From positions 1-64,000 of the IMG/VR virus record IMGVR_UViG_3300033074_001499: DNA of 64,000 bases, one strand, 5' to 3'. The position numbers and the translations under genes were made by a program. Positions 51,120 to 62,100 of this stretch are shown in pieces (positions within the stretch are counted from its first letter, which is position 1; each line of letters begins with the position of its first letter). This stretch comes from a virus. Taxonomy: Duplodnaviria; Caudoviricetes. Below the pieces are notes generated by a model that worked only from the letters and a program-made list of their open reading frames with translations, ran no database searches and was not told where the DNA came from.

Positions 51120-54100
51120 GGGTTTATTTTAAGTGGAGAAAATAGTAAAATGAATAGAGCATTTTACAGGGTTTGGGGCAAATACTTTGGCTATCCTGAG
51201 TGCTGTACACAAGAAATGATTTCTTTCTATAAAAGAAATCCGAATAAATTTTATGGTCAGTTTGTTTTTGAATCGGAAAATGGTAGAAAATTTGATGGAA
51301 CAGGGTTTATTCCTTGTAAAAAATGCAATAAAAAGAGTTTAAAAGAGCTAGAATCCACAATAAATAGAAATAGAATTTGTTTAAAGAAATTTCCTCAAGA
51401 AGAGAGCATAGACATTTCTTTAAATTTCATAGAAAAATCAAGTAAATTTTCTAAAGTTGAAAAGAAATTAATAATGAGTGTTTATTTGGAGAAAATAAAT
51501 GAAACCAACTAAGCTTTTCCATTGCACAACGCCAAAGAAGGCAAAGCTTTATTCAGGAACTGGACACATCTGCCTTCCTGTAAGAGGTTTTGAAACATTT
51601 GAGGGTGCTCTTGCTTGGTGTGTAAAAACAGGGAGGACAGTGGTTTTAGAGGTTAGTGGTTGGGAACAAGAGGAAATTCATAAGCTACCTGACCACCACA
51701 ATAAATTTTCTAATGCATTTTGGGTTGACAAAAATGTAACCGTGTGGCACTGTGTATTCAGTGCAGATAAAGACGCTTGAGGATACAAAATGAGACAGTA
51801 TCTTATAGGTTCGTGGAACAGCGCGGATGAATATGATTATTCTGGTGAGCAATTGATGGGAGCCAGGAATGGGAAATCAGTGTGTGCTGACCACATGCTA
51901 CCTAATGGCATGGCTAACATCTCTCGTTATGGGGATGCCCCTAAAGCAAAGCCTAAGAGGCGTGCCATTGGTGATAGAATCGACTTGGCTAATGCTCATT
52001 ATGAGCGTATGGAAGCTATGAGCAATGAGCTAGACAATGCTTATTTTGCTGGCGAGATGGACGATGAACGTTATGCATTGCTCCGTATGAAAATGAATGA
52101 AAGGCTTTCTAAAGCCTGGAAACGTCTTTCCAAGGAAAATGGGTGGAATGAAGAAAAGAAATCTTCTATCAATCCTGAAAAACCAATAGAAAATCACAAT
52201 AAAAAGAAATCCTTGACAAACATCCTAGCACAAGCTATTCTCTTCGTAACAAAACAGCTAATTACTAGGGCTACAGTAGACAAAAATGGATTTATTCTTT
52301 CAACCATATCTACCCTACGTCCTGATAACAGCGTGCGTAAAATGTGTGAGAAACTACAATTAATTTAGGAGATTGAAATGAAAGATTTTACTGCTGTAGT
52401 TCTTGGTCTTGTCGGTGGAATTGGAATTTTCTTAATTGGCGCTACCATTAATACATTTGGCGACCCTACGCAAGAACAGATTGGGCACACTTATGGTGAT
52501 CTTGTCAATATGAAAAAAGAATGTGAAGAAGACTTGCCAAGAAATCAACAATGCACTGTCCTTGTTCAATATCTCCCTCAACAGGAAGGAAAATAAAATG
52601 CAAAAAGCAACTGTTTACATTTATGAATCTCTGAAAGATTATGCCAACAGCAAGTGTGTTGTAGAACTCTCAGGTGTTACTAATGTTGGTAGCACTGTGG
52701 CTGGAGGCTATTTCTTTGCAATTGGCGAAGAACAAGAAGAACAACACGCTTTTCCTCCAGACACTATTTTTGTCATCATTGCTCAGGAATAATTAAAATG
52801 AAAAAACAATCTCACAAAGAATCTAATTCTTGGATGTTTGAAGAAGAAAAGAAAATCTCCAAGAAACAGCATAAAGCTTTCCGGGATCATCGCAAAGCAA
52901 AGCGTAATGTGTGGGAGAGTAATTAAATGGGTATTATTAATTTTCTTGCGTGTGTTTTCATGTGGTACACGTTGTCTGGTATGTGGAAACACATTAGGAA
53001 ACAAGAAAAATTCATTATCGGAGTGATTTTCCTTGTAAATGCTGGTTATGTGCTGTATGATCTTTTCAAATTACTAAACTAGTGGTGAATAAAATGCGTT
53101 ATCTTGAGCAATTTTACATTGACAAAGCAATGGAATGCAAAGACAATAACGATATGTTTGGATATGCATATTGGATGCAATGTGCCTTCGATGTTTCATC
53201 TATTGAAGAGGATATGTAAAATGAGCAATGAAATGTATGTTGTGATTGGTGAAGACAAAGAAAGCGGAGAAACTTGGATTTGTGAAACTGGGGACTATAT
53301 TAATCCGAAGCAACTAGTGAGTAAAGAAGAAGCAGAGGAATTCGTTAAAGCTTTTAGTGAAATTTTCGATTACGCAACATATCGCATTGCAAAGCTTTCT
53401 TGGCTTGATTAATTATGATTAATTAATAGGAGAAAATTAAAATGAATGTAGATGACGTTAAATACAAAATTGAAGTGATGCAAGCTTATGTTGAAGGGAG
53501 ACAAATTCAATTTGCCATGAGATATGGCGAGGACTGGGATCATGTTTCAGATAAATTTAATTATCTTAGTGTAGATACTAACTTGGTTGTATCTTTGCAA
53601 AAATAAACCTTATTGGGATGACGACCACGCCCAGTCTCCTGGGCATTACTGAGGAAAGGACATGAGCAACAAAGTCAAGATCAACCTTTATATAGGCACC
53701 GGCTTCTCCGGGCGCAAATACGAAGATCACGAATATGTAGATCGTAATGAGTGGGAAGCGATGAGCGAGAAAGAACAGCAAGATTATCTTGATCGAGCGG
53801 CGTTGGACTTTCTTGCAAACCACATTGAGTGGTCGGCTTACGTGGATGAGTAACCCGGCGCTCTGGCTGTAGCGGGGCTATGTATGAGGAAATGAGATAA
53901 GTAAGTACGCAACAGAAGACAGCCTTATGCCGGCCTGGTTTTGAATAGAAATTCTATCGAATTTCTCTTTTCAATTAAAACAATCAATGAATAATTTTTA
54001 GCCTCCTTGCTTGACAGCTTGGGGGCTTTTTGTTTTAATTAGCTCAACAGCAAACGAAACCCCGGAGAACAAAGACATGTTAAATAAAGACCAAGTTGTC

Positions 54101-54365
54101 AAGGAACTTGAGAAATTCGAGATAAACGGGATATCCAAGGTTGTTTTCAAAGTGATTGATTACAGCGATAATCGTTTTGCACCTGAGAAAATAGCCTACC
54201 GTGTTTTCTACACTGATTGGTTTGGCAACCGCAGAAAAGTTACATATTACCCGAATACTCTAGGTTTTCAATGGAGCTAAGAATTAACAAAAAAGCTTGA
54301 CACCCTCTGCAACACACATTAATATGAAGCTGTAAACAAAACATACGTCCCAGGAGGACAAGAAA

Positions 54366-54737
54366 ATGAACGCTAATGTAATTGCTCTGATTGCTTCTTT
54401 CGCCAAAGCTAACAAAATCGGCAAAGCTAAAGTGGAAGCCTTCGTCTCTGAGTTGGTAGAGATGATGCCTCAAGCTTCTAGTAATAAAGTGGGTCGTAAA
54501 GCTTCTGTTGAGACTGTCGAGCTTCGCAATAGCGTGATGACTGCTCTTGATGAACTGAAAGACGAAGCTTTCACTGTCAAGGAAGTGGCTGAAAAGCTTC
54601 AAGCTGAGCCCATCCATATCCACAACGCTCTGAAATTCTTGAAAGAAAATAACAAAATCTCTCTTGACGTTGTTGGGAAAGCTGAGGTAGAATCTGGAAA
54701 ACGTGGTAAGAAACCTGTTCTTTACAAGGTAGCATGA
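54366..54737 (+). CDS. Winged helix-turn-helix DNA-binding protein
   Basis: FTVKEVAEKL...IHNALKFLKENNKI...GKRGKKPVLYKV. Confidence 0.6.
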   Translation: MNANVIALIASFAKANKIGKAKVEAFVSELVEMMPQASSNKVGRKASVETVELRNSVMTALDELKDEAFTVKEVAEKLQAEPIHIHNALKFLKENNKISLDVVGKAEVESGKRGKKPVLYKVA

Positions 54738-56333
54738 TGACAGAAGACCAAGCTAGATTGCAAAAAGCCTGTAAGATGTTAGAGCAGGCTTTAGCAGCGC
54801 TAAATCCCAATAAAAGACTTGCGCTTGAAATCAAACAATTTCTAAACTCAGTAAGGAATTTGAAATGAAATATGAATTAGAAATTATCCCAATCAGTGGA
54901 TTTCAGGATGAACATTTGGAAGTTTTCCACAATGAGCTTGAATTGAAAAACTGGCTTGTTGACAATGGTTTCAAATCTCATGTAAAATTCACTGACTATC
55001 AAGGGTTTATTTCACCTACTGGTGATATAGCTATCTGGAGAACTCAACAATGAATAGTCACTTGCAAGCCATGATTGAACGTGCTAGCATCTCTGAAATT
55101 GAGAATGCAATGCGAATAGCTTTTCTGTTTTCTCCTAGCTTCTATAGGGCTCTTGAGAAAGAAAAACAAAAGAAAATGCAAAATAGTAATTGACAGCAAG
55201 ACAGACAAGGCTTAGAATTACTCCATCAAGACAACAAACGTAATCGGAGATTCATCATGCAAACTCTCATCACTAAATACTATAGCCCCACTAACACCAA
55301 GCCTTCTCGTATCAAGGTGACTAGCTGGAAAGGCAGTAAATTTTATAGCCGGGATTACAGCTTAGGTGTTAATGACAATCATGTTTTTGCAGCAGCCCTT
55401 TATATCGGGAATCAGCTCAACACTCAGGATCACGAATGGAAGATTGTAGCGAAAGGCGAAATGCCTGATAACACTGGTAAAGCATTCATCATCGAATAAA
55501 GGAGAATAAACAAATGGTATATCAAGGCATTAAAGCTACGGAGCTTATCAAGAAACTTAAAGATATGGTTGATAAGCATGGTGATCGTGAGGTTATTGTA
55601 AACGGAGGAGATTATCCCGAACCTTGTTCTGGTGTGATTCTACAAAAGGATGACAATAACCCGTATGTCCCTAAAGGCACGTTCAAGATTTACTAATAAG
55701 CATAAGCCCCTACCCTTGGGGCTTTTTAATATCTAAAATTTATAAAAATCTTTCAAAAATAGCTTGCATGTCCTCGAAAACCTGGCTAGAATGAGCACAA
55801 CAAAGCAAGAAAGCTTCCTCAAACACTAAAACAAGGTAATTCAAAATGACTCTTACCCAAGCTGTGATGAAGAAAAACGCACTTAAGAAACAAGGCATTC
55901 GCTGCCAAATAAAATGTCTGCATGGCTCTAATGATTCTGCCTTGTGGACTGTACTGGTAAAAGACATAGACTACTGTGATGCATAAAATTTACAGGAATT
56001 TTTAGAAAAATTAGTTGACGCGCAGCGTAGCTTCAATTAAAATCTAATCATCAAAAGCAAAAACCCAAAGGACACCAATCATGAAAGTTTCCAAAGGTTA
56101 TAACGGCTACAAAAATTACAACCAGTGGAATATCTCTCTATGGATAAACAATGATGAAGGGTTGTATCGGATGGCTAAGGAATATGTGTCTGTGTACAAT
56201 CGCAAAGAAGCAGCACAAGCAATGCTTGATGATCTGAAAGAGTATGGAATCACTCACACACAAGATGGTGTTAAATTCTCCAAAACTGGTATCCTGGCTG
56301 CAATGGTGGGAATGTAAAACATACACCCTTTAC

Positions 56334-56427
56334 GAGGTTGTAGCTTAATTTAAAAGCAGCGAGGAACACAGAGGCTTCATAAAAGCCAATGCATCCGTCA
56401 ATGCAGGTGCAAATCCTGCCGACCTCA
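56334..56427 (+). ncRNA. tRNA-like RNA with extended anticodon arm and no encoded CCA
   Basis: Acceptor GAGGTTG/CGACCTC; D-arm GCTT-AATTTAA-AAGC; T-arm GCAGG-TGCAAAT-CCTGC; ~45 nt between the D and T arms. Confidence 0.6.
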
Positions 56428-56436
56428 CTCTATTCT

Positions 56437-56466
56437 GAAGCCTCCTTGATTGGAGGCTTTTTTATT
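56437..56466 (+). terminator. Rho-independent terminator
   Basis: AAGCCTCC-ttgatt-GGAGGCTT-TTTTATT. Confidence 0.85.
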
Positions 56467-57640
56467 CCTAAATTCTAATAAATTTTTCTACAGAAAAGGC
56501 TTGCATCTGATTCCTCAAGCTGTATAATGAACCCATAGAAAGCAAAAACATCAACACAAGGAATACTGAAATGACCATCTACTTGAACCTGAAAACCTCT
56601 CAAGGTCGTGAAACTGTAGACCAGATCGACAAGCAAGACGGACAATCTAACAAGGAACATCGTGCGTATATTCGTAACATGGTGAAAGAATATCACTTGG
56701 CTGGAATGAATGTTTACACTAGCTCCCGCTGCTGTGCCAACTGGAATAGCAAAAATGATTGATTGGACTAAGGCACCAAAAGAAGCCACACACTGGGCTG
56801 ATGACAGATGGTACAGTAATTTGCACGGTGGGTGGTATCATTGGAACAATGTAGGATTGTGGATCATGTGCAGTCCTAGCGCATCTAGAATATCTGAAAT
56901 GATTGAAAGAAAAGCTTGATAGCCTAGAGCCTAGTCTGTAAGATAGACCCATCTTAAACAGAAAGCCCTACAGGAAAACACAAAATGCGTACAGAATGGC
57001 AAGCTGCAATCTCTCTGATCAAAGATGCTATGTCTTCCTCTCGTTCTGTAAGCAAGCAAGTTATAAAAACTTCTTTGCAAGACAAAGCTTCGATGGTAGA
57101 ATACGCTAAAGCTCAAGGGAGCTACGGCAAGAAAGCAATGTTCACTGTTCAATAACCAGACAATCAGAGGATGACGTCATGCTAGCTTGGGCTCTTGTAA
57201 TTGGATTGAACATTAATGGAGATGTTTACGAGTCTATCCCTTACAGCTTCACTACGGAGCAAGAATGCTGGAAAGCAGCAGAGAAATACACTCCGATGAT
57301 GGATGAACAAGGAGACTTTGCTCTGTGTTCCCACATGTATCTGAAAGAGAAAGACAGCAAATAGCTTATTTGCATCAAATAGCCTACAGCCAATAGAAAA
57401 ATTCAATTAGACGCCCCTTCACTGGGGCATTATTATTTACCCATACAAAGCAAACACAGCGGAGTAACTCAAATGTCCTACGTAGCCAAGAATCCTAAGA
57501 ACCAATCTCTGGTAGACGAATTTGTTATGCGTCTTGAACGTGAAAAGCATGTCATCTCCAAACGTCTTGTTTGGGAATCTCTGATTAAGCAAGCTGTAAA
57601 CAGCGAGAAAGTGATCTAAAGATTTAAACAACATTAAACG

Positions 57641-57674
57641 AAAGCCCTGTAATGCTCTTACAGGGCTTTTTCTT
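57641..57674 (+). terminator. Terminator closing the early region
   Basis: AAAGCCCTGTAA-tgctc-TTACAGGGCTTT followed by T-run. Confidence 0.85.
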
Positions 57675-57679
57675 TGTCT

Positions 57680-58612
57680 TGAATAATGTATATGTTGTCA
57701 TGCAATGCATGACAGCTTAATACAACACAATGCTATGCATTGAATATGTTCTCAACACAAAGCAAAGCTTTGTAGTGTCTATTCTTCAATACATAGTATT
57801 GAATGTCCAATACGAAGAATAATTCAATAAAATATCTTGTTTTTATTTGTATTGTTCTTCTTTATTTAGCAATGATTTATCATTAATTTTATTAGTTAAT
57901 GTTAAGCCTACTCTTTCTTTTCTGTCAAGAAAAGGAATTAATATCTAATATTGTTTACAATAAAGCTTAATTATTCCTATATTATTTATAATATATCTTT
58001 ATTCTTGTTCTATAATTTATTTATAGAATGTATCCATCCATAGCGTAGCTATACACTGTCCCCATCTCATGTGTGTACACACATATTATATACAACTATC
58101 TATTATTTAATAATGCTACCGTAATTAAATACAATCAATTATGTAGTTCTATTATGTTCTAATTAGTGCATTTAACATATAACAGCTTAAGGACAATCAG
58201 TGGTGTATGTATATCCTGAGATAGAACTAATCAATGAGTGTCATTGCATTGAGTGCTCTGTATGTTAACGATATGTCCATTGGCAAGCCAATGATTAGTG
58301 TACAAGACGATATTTTAAAATTTTAGTTGACAGATGAATGGAGGTGGGGTAGAGTGTTAAGCTACTCAGAGATCAATCTTAAAATTTTACTATCGATCTT
58401 ATAGGATACCCATATATGAATCCTACTGCTGATATTTCCTATCATTGATATTTCAACAGATATAAAAATACCCCTGTATTTCTACAGGGGGTTTGGGACA
58501 TTTTGACTGGAATGAATTATTGCACTTCGCACTCATATATAATATAGGGGTAAAAAAGTGCACTTGTATGTTTTACAGGGTGCACCAAGTTTTATACGAA
58601 ATAAAGTGCACT
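57680..58612. repeat. AT-rich non-coding region with an array of short perfect inverted repeats and GTGCAC palindromes
   Basis: Inverted repeats at 57696-714, 57728-42, 57757-73, 57785-803, 58040-52, 58069-84, 58232-46, 58278-93; GTGCAC at 58558, 58580, 58606. Confidence 0.7.
58464..58490 (-). terminator. Terminator for the leftward right-arm transcript
   Basis: CCCCTGTA-tttc-TACAGGGG preceded by AAAAATA (U-run on the minus strand). Confidence 0.7.
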
Positions 58613-59171
58613 ACTTGTTTATACGCTCATCCATGATTTCTGTCAAAAGCTCTATTCTATCCATTCTACGTTTAAGAGTTTCACCTTCCACGTTAGGTTT
58701 TAGATATTCTAATAATTCGTATTTAACAGAAGACGGAGATGTTTCAGGGAATGTATCACAATACCACCTTATCAGATTGTCCAACTCATCCTGCATGTGC
58801 AGGACATATGCACAGAAAGCTTGATAGGATTCTTTAGGCTTTGTGGTTGAAAGCCAATCTGGTCTAAACAAACAATCAGGATTTTTAGATTTTGCTTTGT
58901 TTCTAATATATCGTATTTGATCTTTGGAGAGTTTCTTGTCTTTGTTGTATTTCATGATCACTCCATTGGCTTCATATACACTCACCCCTTCTGGTATTGT
59001 TGCTAGACGTATAAGTTCATTAAGACATTCATCATCTTGCTCTGATTTGAGCACTCCTTTTAGATTTCTCTTACACCAATCAACAGAAACAGCCCCATTT
59101 AAGGAGCTGGATATTTCTGCATACGTCATACCACTCTGTCTTAAGGCGATGGCTTGTTCTCTAATATTCAC
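58611..59171 (-). CDS. N-terminal HTH DNA-binding protein
   Basis: REQAIALRQSGMTYAEISSSL..VSVDWCKR HTH pattern. Confidence 0.65.
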   Translation of the reverse strand: MNIREQAIALRQSGMTYAEISSSLNGAVSVDWCKRNLKGVLKSEQDDECLNELIRLATIPEGVSVYEANGVIMKYNKDKKLSKDQIRYIRNKAKSKNPDCLFRPDWLSTTKPKESYQAFCAYVLHMQDELDNLIRWYCDTFPETSPSSVKYELLEYLKPNVEGETLKRRMDRIELLTEIMDERINK

Positions 59172-59173
59172 AT

Positions 59174-62100
59174 TTAAATTTCCTCTTCTTCAAATTCAAA
59201 ATGAACTAATTCCCAAACAGCCTTGGATATGGCTTTATATTGTTTTGTATTAGCAAAAACATCCCAATCAACTCCCATAGAGTTAGATAGGCTCCAATCC
59301 AGGCAATTCATAATACTATCGTGTTCTTTGTATTTATCGTTCATAGTCTTACACTCCCAGGACCATCCCAATTATGTACCACTTTAATTAGTTTGTTATT
59401 GCAAAACAATACAGCTTCTTTTCCATGCACCCAAGCTTCAATTGTGAATGTACAAAATGCTCGTCCTGAAATCCTCCCAGGACAGTTGAATGGACCTGCT
59501 GTATTACTGACTGTTTGAGGGTATGCCCAATATTCCATTTCATGATAGTTCACATTATCTTTTCCAAACACTTCCACCAGTTGTTCGTAGGCTTGTTCCT
59601 GAGTGTATTCAACACTCTTTTGTTTATTCATTTATATTCTCCTTCGTTTCTGTAGCTTTCAAAAACCCCTTTCCCATCACAATTGATACAACATTCTGAT
59701 TGAAATACTTTTTCTCCTTCGCAAGCAGGGCAAAACCATCCACTGATCCATCTGGGATTGATTTTATATTTTGTTTCTTTCATTACAACAGATACAGCTT
59801 CTCCCATGTTTTCCATTCATTTTGTTTAATTCTCCACCCCACCCAAGTCATCCAGTCAGATGCATACGTGTTTTCATGTAAAGCAGTGTTTGGTTTATTC
59901 ATACAATCTCCACTTCAATTCCAAATTCTTTTGTTAGCTTCTTTAGCTCTTCCAGGGTCATGCAATACAGATAGCTATCTCCATAGGACATATCTCCTTG
60001 ATGTTGTTTTATTGCATGGATGTAGTAATCTTCTTCATCCAAGGCTGGTCCTAAAAGAGCATTAACATCTTCACTTCTATAGAATGAAAGCCATGAGGGT
60101 AGACAGCAATCACACTCAGGTTCATAAAGATACCCCTCATCGTAGAACGTATATTTAGTCATTTTTCCATCCCATCTTATTCCAATAATTGAATTTATCA
60201 GCTACAGCATTAGCGTGTTTCTTGTCAAAACATCTAGACAACGTGTAGCCATCCCTAATACGAGCAACAATCCATTTCTTGTTCTTACATTCTACTTTAC
60301 AATACATAGAATTTTCCTACTTTCTAAAACCTCTTCGATTTCTATTTGAAAAATATCTGAACATTTTTCATAGATTGAGGGAATATCTTCATTTGGTTCT
60401 GTAGTGGCACACATAATGGAGTTTGGAAGATCGAGGCGCTCATACCAAAAATATTCTCCAGCCATTTTAACCTAATATAAAATACAAAAATCTGTTGTAT
60501 TTTTCATTTTAACTTCACAAACCCAACATTTATACTTCATAAATTTCACCACCAATAATTATTGTATTGTGTAAAAACATAAGGGATTGGTTTTCTCTCT
60601 ACAACCCCTGTGTCTTTTTGAATAAACATTCTATATCCAAATTCAAAATAGCCGACACACTCCCAATTCATATTATCCTCCACAAACAATTGAAGCCTCA
60701 ATCAAGAGGCTTGTCTATTGTACCGTACAATCTCATATTTTCCATCATCTGTTCCGCATCTTCACAAGCACGCTGAATTTCTTCATCAGATGGTTGATAG
60801 TGATTTTCTGAAGAAGTTGAACATTCCAGCCACTCTTTTAGAGTGATGGACTTTTCCTTATTTTCCTGAAGCCTTTCAATTGCCTCTTCAATTGAGTATT
60901 TGTCTAGTCTCTCTTCAACAGTTTTAAAATATTCTTCATCAGTCATCACTTTTATCCTCCATATTCGATTCCACAATCTTATCTCTCCCACGCTTAGTCA
61001 TTGCTTTTGATTTGTCTTTTGAAACATTCATAACAGAATAACACACCTTCACGTATTCTCCAAGAAGAACATCATCATGCTTTATTTCATTAGGAATCTC
61101 AATCTCTTTCCTAGCTGTAGCACAGATATACCACCTCATTTCCTCTCGTGTCAAGGAAGATGGAATTAGAATATGTTCTCCTGAAAGAGCTTTCTCCATC
61201 CTTTCCATGTCGAAATTGATTTCATCAGTCATCTTCTTCCCATTCTCCGATAGCCTGATAAAGCTCACACAAAGCAGATGTAGCATCCATTAATGCTTTT
61301 GCACAACGTTGATTCCAGATAGCAGGATGTGGTGGACGATCTGTGAATTCCTGATCTGGATCAACAAAACCAAGACTTTGTTCAAGCATAACAAGCATCA
61401 TGTGTGTGCGATCGAGGCCTTCATGTTGAAACCACTTATCAATCTTTTCTTGAGTCATTCTTCTTCTCCTTTAACATCCCCGAACTCACCTACATATTTG
61501 TAGTAATGTGTAGTAGAGAGGTCAATATCAAAAACATTGCACATATCTAGACACTGCTTGCATGGGTTGTTATCTGTACAACCCTGAGGATTGTTTTCTT
61601 CACAATAAGAAGTAATAGCTAGAAATCTGGTCATTTTTCTTCCTCCAAAGCTTTATACAGTTTTTCATAATTCTCATCAACAATAGCTTGCTCTTCTTTT
61701 GTTAGAGATGACCAAGGAATTTCCCCTTCATAATCCATTATCTCATCAAAAGAGGCTTTTGGGAAGCCAACAACCCATCCATAATCAGACAGCTTTGAGA
61801 ATTGCATTTCCATCCCTGTCTTTAAGTTTTTGTAATAGTAATGTACAGGATCAATTTTCATTTATCTATTTCCATCCAATCAATAAATTCTTGTCTTTGT
61901 TTAAAATACTCTTTTTCTCTATCCCTCTCAATTTTATTTTTTACGGCCAAACCTACAGCATTATTTTCATCAGGATTCATCCAATAGACATTGCAGGTAA
62001 AACCATAATGAGGGTCTAAATAAATTTCAATTTTAAGGTATTCTTTGCTCGACTCATTCTTAAAAATTTTAAGATTGTACCACTGAGGATCGTTTTCTCT

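Larger units (their letters stand above)
49887..54280 (+). other. Array of small early hypothetical CDS with interspersed promoters (50181-50209, 51064-51092, 52213-52241)
   Basis: ORF track plus hand-read ORFs; TTGACA-17-TATGAT, TACGAT and TATTCT respectively. Confidence 0.6.
54011..56944 (+). promoter_or_regulatory. Dense cluster of strong early sigma70 promoters
   Basis: 54011-39, 54297-325, 55190-218, 55764-92, 56015-43, 56501-28 and 56916-44: TTGACA/TTGCAT/TTGACG/TTGATA + 16-17 nt + near-consensus -10, each followed by an A/C-rich leader. Confidence 0.8.
54737..57619 (+). other. Small early CDS (including 55257-55499, 55514-55696, 56081-56317, 56571-56762, 56985-57155, 57179-57364, 57473-57619)
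   Basis: Mostly one or two ORFs per promoter, with SD and biased codons; some hand-translated. Confidence 0.65.
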
